The notes below the pieces were generated by a model. It was not told the origin of the DNA, ran no database searches, and saw nothing but the letters and a program-made list of their open reading frames with translations. A DNA stretch of 63,796 bases, counting the filler, from Polymyxa betae A26-41 (lineage: Eukaryota; Protista; Endomyxa: Phytomyxea): the NCBI GenBank assembly GCA_003693705.1. It is 8 parts of 8 records of this genome, joined end to end, with 100 filler letters (N's around TTAATTAATTAA, not from the genome) between each part and the next. Parts side by side here need not be neighbours in the genome. Positions count along the whole stretch, not along the records: positions 1 to 16,139 come from RBZT01000670.1; positions 16,240 to 27,822 come from RBZT01000392.1; 6 more parts are not named here. The stretch is one strand, 5' to 3'. The translations under genes were made by a program, and so were the position numbers. Below, one piece after another: positions 13,667 through 25,287 of the stretch. How positions within the stretch are numbered: the first letter of the stretch is position 1; the number at the start of each line of letters is the position of its first letter.

Positions 13667-15896
13667 TGACCACTCTGTTGCTTTCTATCAATCCTTCTCC
13701 TATTGGTTCAGATCCCCTGTAGTTGCTTCAAGTTGATGATATCGTGTGTTTGAAAAAAGGGATATTCATATTGGAAATTCTGGCACAATAGTTTCGCGTT
13801 GTCTCCAAAACAAATTGACGATCGAGTTCAATCAATCACTTGAATATCTGTGCCGCATCTCAACGGATTCGATCAGCTTTAAAGACAGCATTCCTATTGG
13901 CAGCACCTCTTGCTCTTTGAAATGCCAAACTTCATATCTTGCCAATAATTCAATATATATTTGCCAGTTTTTCCTTTATTGCCTTTGCAACAAAATGAAT
14001 CTGAAAAGTTGCAGGTGATTAGCTCCTGATTTCCTGATTGCAACCCTGAACCTCGAGAACATTGGCTTGAAGGATCACAATGAAATCAAAGGAACGCAGG
14101 TCAGCATGCGATAAGAAATAAGCAAACATGAATTTGTGTCTAATAACATTTTCGACTTCATCGTGAGGGTTTGCCTTCGACAGATGCCAATATGACATCA
14201 TCAAGGTTGCAATTGGAGTCACCTCGATTCCTGCAAGATGACAATACAAATTTACTCGGCTTCGAACAGGAAGCATCAAAGCAGGCGATACCACAAAACG
14301 GAACTATTGCTGGGCATCCTGTAGGGGATTCCTATGCAAGAATATCTGTAAGAAATTCTCTGAGATTGCAAGTTCTTCTTCCGGTAAAAGCCAGTACTGC
14401 TGGGAGCGCATCACATACCTGAAGCTGATCACTACAAAACAAACCATCATTTGAAAGTTCCCTTTTTTTTCTCGTAAAAATGCATGTCTGATTGTTTCTT
14501 CAGAAGATGTTTCTCATATGGTATAATACTCCGTCGTACTGCTCCCCATCGTCATAGTCGCTGCCAGCGCCGATCTCTCTAACAACCACAGCAGGCGGTG
14601 TCGGCGGACGCAATCGTCCTGGATCTGGGCCAGCAACAGGATCATCTCCACGAGGCAACAACCGTTGACTAACTGCCTGGCTGGGAGGTCATACCCGCCC
14701 TGGTCGTCGATCTGTTTATGACCTTCGTTCGTGCCGTCATCGTTTGCGGACGTGATGATCTCTCGGCATTATGTTTGATGCCGACGAGCTTGGTCCCGGA
14801 ATCTCCTAAGTACATTGCATTCGGGGATTGGCTGATCTCTGCCGACTCCGGGCCATGCTCTGTCAGTCAGATTCACGGACGCGGTTGTCGCTCTGGTACT
14901 GGCCCGGAGCATGGTTGCTCTCGATCGATTGATCCAAAATTGCAGACAAAGTCAAAATCTGACAAAACCCGTTATTTTAGGTGTAAATTTTCAATCAGGT
15001 TTTGCGGGGAATCTGAAGAGACCGTGACGGCGATTGTCTGTGTACAATGTTATTGGAGCACAGTACAGCTCATAGTACTGCTACTGATACCGGTGGGCGT
15101 GTACGGCGCCAGCCTCCAGGACCATTTTGATCTCGAGATTCAGCTTGAAGATTTCGGCCATGACGGGCAGGGATTGATGATTAATGTTCGGGGTCTGCTG
15201 CCGTTCGTACTGGACTCGTTCATACCGGTGTCGTTCTCGCATTTGCTCTCGATATTGGTATCGACGGGATGTTTTCTGATAACAAGTCGATCTGGTGATA
15301 TTCTGACATGTTTTATAATGGAATGGATTTTATCAGCATGTCGTATAATGCTATGTAAATATCAAGGTGGCATCAATAGACTACACTTTTATTATGATAC
15401 AAATTCTGATCACTCTCATGATACGATTTCTACGAGATCTATACACTTTTCTGCCCATATATTTCATATCTACATAATACTAACAGACATTATCTCTCTT
15501 ATCTACATTCTATTCGCATTGATATCTGTTCATCAATCAAATTCATGCAGAAATACAATCCACTGTCTTCAAATTAGGCTTTTAGGGTTTCCATTTTCCA
15601 CTTCGGTATTCTCAACATACCACCACCATGATCATGGCCAGTCTCTTCCTGGGCGTATTGTTACTGTTCAAACGGGGCCAGCAATCTGGCAGACCCCATG
15701 ACCCCGCATGGGGGGCCACCACGGATATAGATCGTGTATTGCGCCACTTTGACTCTTAGTGCGGTGCACAGGACGGAGTCCGTGGCTCTCCAACATAATT
15801 TGAAGAGTTTCAGCCCAACGGCGGGCTTATTAGCGACATAGTACTGTAGGGTAACATAGTACTGTAGGGTTTGCCACTTGTTGGCCCAATCGTTTA

Positions 15897-16139
15897 GAGC
15901 AAGTGCACCGCGCACAATTATCATTATCTTCAAATATTAAATTTTGAAAACATAAAGATAAGGATTTGTGCGGGTTCCCCCACCGGATCACAAATACATT
16001 AAAAATGGATCAGTGGCAATCCTATCTGGATAGTTAAATGAGCGACGACAGTGACAGCGATGATAGTGACAGCGATGACCAGCTGCTGCTTCTCATGCTT
16101 GATGAGTCTACCAGTGAAGAATCTGATGTCGAAACTGAT
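15897..16139 (+). mobile_element. Possible PIF/Harbinger left end plus start of its transposase, cut by a linker gap
   Basis: TTA followed by GAGCAAGTGCA (Tourist/Harbinger-like end). ATG 16038 gives acidic MSDDSDSDDSDSDDQLLLLMLDESTSEESD, typical of Harbinger transposase N-termini. Confidence 0.4.
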
Positions 16140-16239
16140 NNNNNNNNNNNNNNNNNNNNNNNNNNNNNNNNNNNNNNNNNNNNTTAATTAATTAANNNNN
16201 NNNNNNNNNNNNNNNNNNNNNNNNNNNNNNNNNNNNNNN
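16140..16239. other. Artificial contig linker N44-TTAATTAATTAA-N44
   Basis: The same 100-bp construct (stops in all six frames) recurs at 27823-27922, 36521-36620, 43788-43887, 53842-53941, 56571-56670 and 60780-60879. Confidence 0.97.
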
Positions 16240-18290
16240 CGATAGAAGAAGAGCTGTGCACCGCAGCTTTGTTGCAGAAATTCATCAGAGTCGGCGAAGC
16301 TGATGGAGACGTTAGGGACGGAATCTGGGTCACAATGATGTCGGCGGCCACGGAGCTGGTTCTCGCCTTGGCACCAGTCAATGTCGGGGTTATACTTTTC
16401 CAGCCACGGCGCGCCAAGAACGATGGGCTGGCGTGGAATGTCGATGATATAGAAGCGGAGCTGTTCTCGACCTAGGCAAGTCTGGATCTCGACTTGGGAT
16501 GTGCAGAACTTGATGTCGCCTTGTTTCAGGTCGGAACCATCGATGGTTTTCACAGAGACGGGGGCAGGAAGTGCATCAAGGGGGATGGCGATGTTCTGGG
16601 CAAAATACCGGTCCATGAAGAGTGATGACGCGCCGAATCAATAACAGCATCAACAACTCTGCCTTGGATGATCAGCTTAGTTTGTAAACATGTGGACTGA
16701 GGCGGACACAATCACAGAAGGGGGAGGTTCCGGCGGCGGCGCCGATTGAGACAGTGGGTCGTCAAGAAGTACTAGATTGGAAACCGGGAGCGGAGCGTAT
16801 ACTTAAAATAGACTTTCTACTCGGAACGAAGCGGTGCGAAACATTTGCTGGGGAAGCAGGGAAACTAGGTAAATAGAAACTAGGGGAACTAGGAAAACTT
16901 TCGGACTAATCGGAAACATAGGAACTTACAGAAGAAGAAGAACGAGGAAAAGAATAAATAGGCGAAACGTCTACAGGGATTGGAGATTGTGGAGAAGGAC
17001 TGACCGTGTTGCCCGTCAGCTCTGATGACGGGACTGCCCATTTCTCGGCTTGGTTGGGCGGCTTACTTTCAGGTGGCCAGATCCTCCACAATAGTTGTGC
17101 TGGCCTTTCGATGTGTTAATAGCTGTCGAGTAGATGGCTGGATTTTGGTTTCGATGGTCTGGGCGTGTATGTTGGTGTGGAAGGCAGAGATTGTTCTCGA
17201 TTCGTCGCTTTCTTTTTTCTGCAGAGATGGGGCCACTGCGGGTAGAAGTAGTGGTAGAATCAAGGATCATGGGATCATTCGGAACTGAACTGGATGTGGA
17301 TGGGCTTGCGAATCCAGTACGGCGCTTCCGCTCCACTTCTCTTTCGCGAAGGCGGGTATCGATCAGCACGCACTGCTCTATGAACTTCTCCAAAGCGGTC
17401 TCGGCGGCGGTATGTGTGAGCTCCTCGAGGATGGCGTCGGTCAGTCCGGCACGGAGCCAGTACATTTGAGCGTTGTTGTCGCTGTCGGCGTCCATGACAA
17501 TACGCCGGAATTCGGCGGCGTAGGCGACGACGGGACGTCGACCTTGGCTTAGCTGCGTCAGCTTCACTGACATCAGCCTTGGCACGGTGAGTGTCGTCAA
17601 ACATGGCCGTGAACCTTTCTTCGAAGGATTCCCACGAAGAAAGCATGGGATCTTGGAGCTCGAGGTAGGGCGTGATCGAGTCCAGGGCGGCGCCCCGGAG
17701 CAGCGAAGCGAAGAACCCGGTCTTGGAGGCGTCGGTTGGGAAGCGGTCGGGAGAGACTGAGAACTGAAGCTTGACACAATTAATATATTGGCGGAAGTGT
17801 TGACGTTTGCCGTCGTATTTTTCAGGGAGAGGGAGCTTGGGGGCTGCAGTCAGTTTTTTGGCTAGGGTTTGGGTTTGAGATTCGATCTGCTGGGAGAGCT
17901 CGGAGTTACGTTTCTGTAGCTGCTCTTTAGAAAGTTGCAGGTCTGAAACTTTGCAGGCGAGCTCTGCGACGACAATGGCAACGTGCTCAGGGTTTGTAGC
18001 GTCAACTGGGACGTCGTTAACGATCATGGGTCTTGTTCGGGTGCTCTTGGGAACTAAGATTCTGAATCTAATGTGAGGACTGGGACAGGGCGAGGAGAAA
18101 TAAAAGAAGGCTACGAAGAAGCAGTCGAACAAGACTTAATAAGAATCGAATAGATTCGAGAATTTTTGTATTTCGATAAACAGCGAAAGTAAAGGTTCGA
18201 AGCTGTGAATCACGATACTTGAGTCANNNNNNNNNNNNNGATGACTCATGAGGTAGCTCGGAAGCTGAACGGAAGTAGTGGATCATGACA
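16240..18290 (-). mobile_element. 5' part of a degraded Ty3/gypsy (Tf1/sushi-like) LTR retrotransposon: 5' LTR 18072-18290, gag, protease
   Basis: Gag LPEKYDGKRQHFRQYIN...FASLLRGAALD with a frameshift, QGRRPVVAYAAEFRR, a split zinc knuckle, and protease region MDRYFAQ...IVLGAPWLEKYNPDIDW. The LTR has TG...CA ends and a related copy at 59557-59713. Confidence 0.9.
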
Positions 18291-18824
18291 GATATCCGGC
18301 TAATCTGCCAACCTCCAAACAGTCCGGATATGAATGTTCTTGATTTAGGGTTTTTCAATGCTATCCAGGCGTTGCGGTATAAGAAGAAAACGAAAAATCT
18401 GGATCAATTGGTCAGTGCGGTTCACGAATCCTTCGACGAACTTGAACCCAAGATATTAAACTTCAATTTCCTCACACTGCAAAAAGTAATGGCTTCGTGC
18501 ATGGATGATGATGGAGGAAACAGATTTAAAATCCCAAATATATGGGAAAAGGACGTTTATAGGCCGCCGGAGAACTTCCAATCTCGATATCTTGTCCACA
18601 GGAAACAGTTAATCATGCAAAAATGGTTAAAAGGGACAGAGATCTAGCGGACGCTTTCAAATCATTGAAAATCAAATATAAGAAAATTTATTTCTTATCT
18701 GCATTGAGAAGCTAAAACGAATTTCGCTGCTGTTTGATACTATGGACCCCTTTCTCAGATACCGGCCACATTATGGACAAAGAAAAAAGTTACGTACCGG
18801 ACAGTTATTTTGGATCGGAGGGAG
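18291..18824 (+). mobile_element. 3' part of a Tc1/mariner (plant DD39D-type) transposase and its right TIR
   Basis: DIRLICQPPNSPDMNVLDLGFFNAIQ motif. The end reads CTCCCTCCGATCCAAAATAACTGTCC on the minus strand (18799-18824), a Stowaway/plant-mariner-like TIR. Confidence 0.85.
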
Positions 18825-19937
18825 TCGTATAGACTGTGGTTCTTTCTTCGTTCCGTCTCGAGATCAGGCCCATGGCTCCTGCTGACAAGAAGGCCAAAAA
18901 GGGCAAAAACTTCAAAGGCCCCGAAAATATCGATAACATGGCTTTTTGTTGAAAATCGAAAAACAAAATCAATCGGTGTCTGCGAACCTCTGACGTCTTC
19001 CGGAATCAACATGGCAAATAGCTGCATCATCTGAAGATGCTTCATGATTGACACGGCGCAAGTGTTTTCTTATCTGTTATTATTTTTTTATAAAGAATTC
19101 TGATAGAACTGAGAAACGCTTGTGTCATTATTGGTGGACCGTTTGCGCACAAAGCTCGCACAAACTGGACAGAAACGATGACACAAACCCGACATAAATC
19201 CTAATTTGTGTCATGACAAAAATTGCGTTTGTGCAATTTTTGGTAGCCTTCCAATGGGCACCATACGCCAGCGTCCAGGCGCTTGGATCAGATGGTCCTG
19301 CACGCCCATCTCGGCCAATTCCGTGGCGCCGTCAATGTGTAAGCTATGGCCTGTATAGCGCGAATCATCGATACCCACTGCCTTCAGGGTTTTGGTTAAC
19401 CATTCGGAAAACTTCTTCCGTATGACTGGCTTCCCAGTCATACAGAGTTCTCCCTCGAGATAGTGACATCTATTTGTCGAAGGGGTTGGTGTCACTTTCT
19501 CAAGGGTGTCACTAAGTCAAATCTGTAACGTAATAAAGGTGTCTCGGTATGTGACTTGGTGTATGCCCAGCAGCTCAGTCACAGGGGTCGGGACCACTTT
19601 AAAATATCTTTAGAAACCCTGGCCAAGATTTAACTACAGCTCCCTTCTTTGGTTAAATGAGTCGTCCTTCTAAACTTGCCAGGCTTTCCCTACAATGTAA
19701 AGTAAGTCTGATAGAGTTTATTCATTCGGGACACACTAGGCAAGAAGCTGAACAAAAGTTTGGTGTCAAACGAACCACGATCCTGAAGATTTTGAACGAA
19801 GAAACCTCAGTGAGGACTGCGCTTACTTCTGGAAATGTTTCGAAAAACACCAAGGCCATCGTGAAAACGAAGTGCTTCCTCATAGAAGAAATTCTGCACA
19901 AGTGGCATGTTCAAATCGAAATTGACGCGCCTGATAT

Positions 19938-22900
19938 TGTCAGGGATCGGGCAAGCAAAGGCCAAGTTTGATTAGTTACTAGGTGTTATGTTACCGGCTA
20001 CGCAACTTCTTGTCCCGGCTACGCACATTATAGAGAATGTTCTCAGCGAGTGTCATTAGGGACACTCGTTGTTCTAACCATTCAGTTCTCAATATAGACC
20101 TTCTATCGTACCTTATATCCTTGTCTGTCTGTCTGTCTGCCTATCTGTCTGTCTGTCTGTCTGACCGTCTTGTCTGGCGCAGCGCCTGGCGTCGCATTCC
20201 GGTCCGTACCCTGACATTATATTGAGAACTACCAGATTCAGCGCCACCCGTTGCATCCGTCCGCTATGTCCGATCCTAACGAACAAATTGCCGAGCTTCA
20301 ACGAGCTCTGTCTGAATCCCAAAATCTCATTCAACAACTACTAGGTTAGAACGAACAATCTCGATCAGTCTGTAATTCATTCGCACCGGAACCTAAAGTT
20401 CAAGTGCCCGAACCTTACTACGGTGACCGTAAAACCTTACGAGGTTTCTTGAACCAGCTCCGACTGGTTTGGCAACTGCAGCCTCGTCAATACTATTCGG
20501 ATTCTCTAAAGGTCGGGCTTCTCGGTACGCTCCTTCGCGGTCCCGCTTTAACATGGTTTTCGCCTTTACTTGAATCCCAGGACCCTCGTTTAAATGATGT
20601 GGAATCAGTAATTCATTTATTGGAGGCAGCCTTTGGTGATCCTAATCCAGGTGAAACTGCTGCAAGAAAGCTTGAAGTCCTTAGACAAGGCCGTCGCGCC
20701 GCTTCGATTTACGCTGCAGAATTCCGTATCATCGCATCCGATCTTAACTGGAATGAGAGCGCTAAAATCCATTATTTCCGAAGACGCCTCAATTATGATG
20801 TTTTGAAACTTTTTGTAACAAACTGTCAACCGACCACTCTCGATAAGGCTATCCAAGATGCCATCGAATGTGACAATCTATTATTTCAACTACGTCGTGA
20901 TACCCGTATGTTCCCTTCCACTTTACCCTTCTCTGCCAATATACGTTCTGAAAACCAGACTGCATCGTCATCAACTTCCCAAATGAACTCGTCTGGTCCA
21001 ACGCGTATGGTAATTGACACTGTCACTGCTGTGCGTCGTCCCCGAGTTCCTCTTGACCCAGCTGAGCGTCAGCGACGACTCAGTTCGAATCTTTGTCTTT
21101 TCTGTGGGTTTTCTGGACACTACGTTTCTAATTGCCCGAAACGCTCTGATTCCACATCTAACCAGTCTTCCGATAAATTCCCTATAAACGAGCAGTCCGT
21201 TTCTCCGTATCTTTTATCTGTTTCAACTGCATGTGACACAATTTCGGAGAGTAATCTTGTTATTCCTGTAATTTTAAAGCATAAAGATCAACGCAATCCG
21301 ATTCACACGTCCGCTCTCATTGATAGCGGAGCAAATTCTGTTTTAATCGATGAAATGTTTGCGGAAAAACACAGCATCCCGGTTATTTCAAAGACGAATT
21401 TTATTCCGGTGGAAGTTATCGATGGATAGGAAATTCAGAATGTGACGCACGAAACTTCTCTGAGTTTGCAATTACAAAACGTTCTGGATGTCTGGGTGTT
21501 CAATGTAATTCGAAGTCCCAAGTATCCTGTGGTTATTGGAATGCCATGGCTACGGAATCACAACCCTGATATTAATTGGGAAGAACTTTCGATTTCAACA
21601 ACTTCGCCTGGACATCAGAGTCAGCTGATCTTTTCGATGAAGATTCTCTGGGATCTGATTCCTTTGAATCGGACTCTTATGAAGATGATTTTGATGAGAA
21701 CGATCAAGGTTCTGTGCTTTCGGAAAATGATTATTTTACAGTCTATCAAGCGTCTGAGAATTCTGCGAATGATATAAACAGCAAATCGAATGATTGTGTA
21801 CCTGAAGACTATTCCGATTTTGCTGATGTGTTCGATAAAAACCGTGCGGATGAACTCCCCCGCATCGGCCATACGACTGTCAGATTGAACTGTACCCTGG
21901 TGAAAGTCCGCCTTTCGGTCCTATATACAGTTTGTCGGAACCAGAACTGAAAGCTCTTCATGATTATTTAAACGAAAATCTAACGAAAGGCTTCATCCGG
22001 CATTCGCGTTCGCCTGCTGGAGCACCAATACCGTTTGTGAAAAAGAAGGATAGTACATTGCGTATGTGTGTCGATTACCGTGGCTTCAACCGTATTACAA
22101 AACGGAATCGCTATCCGCTGCCACTCATAACTGAGCTTTTTGACCGTCTGAGAGGATGTAAATTTTTTACAAAATTAGATTTACGATCTGCAGGTCAGAA
22201 TACGTAATGGAGACGAATGGAAGACTGCGTTTCGGACTCGATACGGACATTTTGAATACGTGGTTATGCCGTTTGGTCTGGTAAATGCTCCTGCCACATT
22301 TCAACATTTTCTTAACGACATTTTCCGCGATTGTCTGGACAAATTTCTAGTGGTGCATTTGGACGATATACTGATTTACTCCCAAAGTGAGGCAGAACAT
22401 CGAGAACACTTTCGTCTCGTCTGTAAGGAGCAAGGATACAGGTATCGGAGATGTCTTAGACTAAGGCTGAACTTGTGATGTGTATTATGGGAAGAGGTAA
22501 TCGAAATGACGTATGTGCGGCGTCAGCCGCCCCTTTTATACCACCGTGGAAGGTTCCAGGGTGGCTACGACACTTGGCGGGGTTTCTATGCCAGCATATC
22601 TTCCGCGCGACTGCTTCAAGAATGTTACACATGTCTCACCTGGCCATATCAGTTCCAATGAGTTGATAGTACCTAAACTGCGCAGGCCGCGCCGGGTTGG
22701 TCTTGACGTGGCCTGCGCCCATGACATCGTCCTAAAAACGTTTCGGAAGCATCATTTGTTTGCCAAACCGGAGAAATGCGAGTTCGGTTTACAAAAGACA
22801 GAATTCCTCGGATTTATAATTTCTCATAATGACGATGAAATGGATTCTAAGAAAATCCAAAGCATCACGTCTTGGAAGGAGCCAGCTTCTGTGCGGGAAC

Positions 22901-25287
22901 TACAAGTATTTCTAGGATTTGCAAACTTTTATCGTCGATTTATCTGGAATTTTTCTGGCATTTTTCGCCCGTTAACCCGTTTGCTCTCGAAACCCTGCGA
23001 ATTTTGTTGGACTTCGGAACAGCAACTGGCTTTCGACCATCTTAAGAAGCTATTCACAGAAGCCCCTATCCTTCGTATTCCAGACCCAACCCAGCAGTTT
23101 ATTGTTGAAGTCGATGCTTCAAACTTTGCAATCGGTGCCGTACTATCTCAGTATTATCAATCCGAAAATAACCGACTACATCCATGTGCTTATTATTCTA
23201 GATCGTTGAATTCCGCCGAACGCAACTATGACATTGGGGATAAGGAATTACTTGCTGTCACAGCTGCATTTGAGGAATGGCGACATTACCTGGAGGGAGC
23301 CCAACATCCGGTACTTGTTTATGCTGACCACAGAAATCTGATTGAGTTTCAGAAAAAGAAATCTTTGTCACCGTTTTGACTTTTATTTCTGTCCGCGTCC
23401 CGGGATCAAAAATGGTAAACGGCGTCCGGACTATGAATCTGCCATCTCCGATTCTGTAGAATCCCCTGATTTGCTATTCCGTCCGGATAATTTTCGCCTT
23501 TATGATATCTCGATACAGACTGCTCCAGATTTTGAAGACATACAGAAAGCTTGTTCTAACAACTGCTTTGTTGAAACCATTTCTTCACGTTTCAATGAAA
23601 GCGGTGTTTGGGAAAATCCTTGCGGTCACGTATTTCGTTTATACAATGGTATTTTGCTTCGTGATGAGCGAATTTATATTCCTGATTTTAACAATCTCCG
23701 TTTATCTATTCTGCAACATTGTCATGACTCTCCAGTTGCCGGACATTTCGGTCGTAATCGTACATTCGATTTGGTAACACGAGACTTTTGGTGGCCTGGA
23801 ATTCGACGTTCTGTATCCGATTTCGTCCGTACATGTGATATTTGTAGAAGAGCAAAATCTTCAAACAGAAGCCGTGGGGACTTTTGAAACCGCTAGCTAT
23901 ACCAGATCGTAACTGGAATTCAATTTCAATGGACTTTATCACAGATTTACCCAAATCCGAGGGATGAACCGCTGTATTTGTGATCGTTTGCCGTAGATCG
24001 ACACAAGCCGTTTTTATTCCATGTCCCGAAATTTTGAATGCGGAACAGACTGTGGATGCATTCATGAAACATGTCTTCCGACATCACGGTCTTCCATCTG
24101 ATATAGTTTCGGATCGAGGATCTCAGTTTATCTCAAGTTTCTCGGCTCGTATCTTTGAATTATTCAAAACCAAGATTAATCTATCATCTGCATATCATCC
24201 TGAGTCTGATGGACAGACCGAACGAATTAACCAGGTTTTAGAACAATATCTGCGTTGTTATGTGAATTATCAACAGGATGATTGGGTGAAATACTTACAT
24301 TTAGCCGAGTTCGCTTACAATAATTCTGAGCATTCCGGTCTCGGTGTTTCGTCATGTTTTGCAAACTACGGATTTAATCCTAGAGCCGATTTTTTATCTC
24401 CGCACGCAGCTGTAGTTCCACGTGTCGAAATGTTTATTCAAGACTTTGTCCAACTGAACGAATTTCTATCAGAAAATTTGAGGCTATCTCAGAAAGATTA
24501 TTAAGCCGAATGCAGATCGACGCCGCAAAGAGAATCCTAAATTCCAGGTAGCCGATTTAGTGTGGCTGTCTACGAAGAACCTGAAAAGTAGACGGACATC
24601 CCAGAAACTAGATTACCAGTATATCGGGCCATTTAAGATCAAAAAAGTTATAAGCGACGTCGCCTATGAATTAGAACTGCCGCCGACAATGAAGATACAT
24701 CCTACCTTTCACGTTTCTTTGCTTGAACCACATGCTCAGAATGTATTTCAGAACAGAGTTCAGCCTCCTCCCCCACCCATAAATATCGATAACGAACCGC
24801 ACTTTATTGTTGAAGAAATTTTGGATTCGAGATTCTATCGAAACCAATTGCAATATTTAATCGAATGGGAAGGTTATCCTCCGTCTGAAAGATCATGGGA
24901 ACCCGCCAGCAACATTCGTCATCTGAAGGATCTTATCAATTCTTTTCACAGTCGATATCCTGAAAAACCCGGTCACGTTCTAAGCAGGCGTCATTAAGAA
25001 GCAGCTCTAGAAGGAGGCGTGATGTCAGGGATCGGGCAAGCAAAGGCCAAGTTTGATTACGTTACCCGGTGTTATGTTACCGGCTACGCAACTTCTTGTC
25101 CCGGCTACGCACATTATAGAGAATGTTCTCAGCGAGTGTCATTAGGGACACTCGTTGTTCTAACCATTCAGCTCTCAATATAGACCTACCTTACCTTCTT
25201 TCCTTGTCTGTCTGTCTGTCTGCCTGTCTGTCTGTCCGTCTTGTCTGGCGCAGCGCCTGGCGTCGCATTCCCGTCCGTACCCTGACA
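19938..25287 (+). mobile_element. Full-length degraded chromovirus (Ty3/gypsy): LTRs 19938-20216 and 25023-25287; gag-PR-RT-RH-IN-chromodomain
   Basis: TG...CA LTR pair, TSD GATAT/GATGT, PPT AGAAGGAGGCG. Gag knuckle CLFCGFSGHYVSNC, protease LIDSGA, RT RMCVDYR...VMPFGL...HLDDIL, RNase H VDASNFAIGAVLSQ, integrase SDRGSQF...DGQTER, chromodomain VEEILDSR...YLIEWEGY...SWEP. Many stops and frameshifts. Confidence 0.96.
22422..22726. mobile_element. Solo LTR of another family inserted in the RT domain
   Basis: TG...CA ends and a perfect 5-bp TSD TCGTC (22417-22421/22727-22731). Excision restores [24 protein letters not shown]. Confidence 0.9.

Noticed and set aside
14718-15701. 327-aa plus-strand ORF
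   Set aside because: Composition looks like a shadow of degraded minus-strand or low-complexity sequence; no motif recognised.
12180-18353. Single TTAGGG-like hits at about 12180 and 18345
   Set aside because: Single copies inside coding frames (PLGF, LDLGFF); expected by chance.
18291-19937. Two neighbouring LTR insertions both flanked by GATAT
   Set aside because: They belong to different families and the other TSDs here are unrelated; coincidence cannot be excluded.
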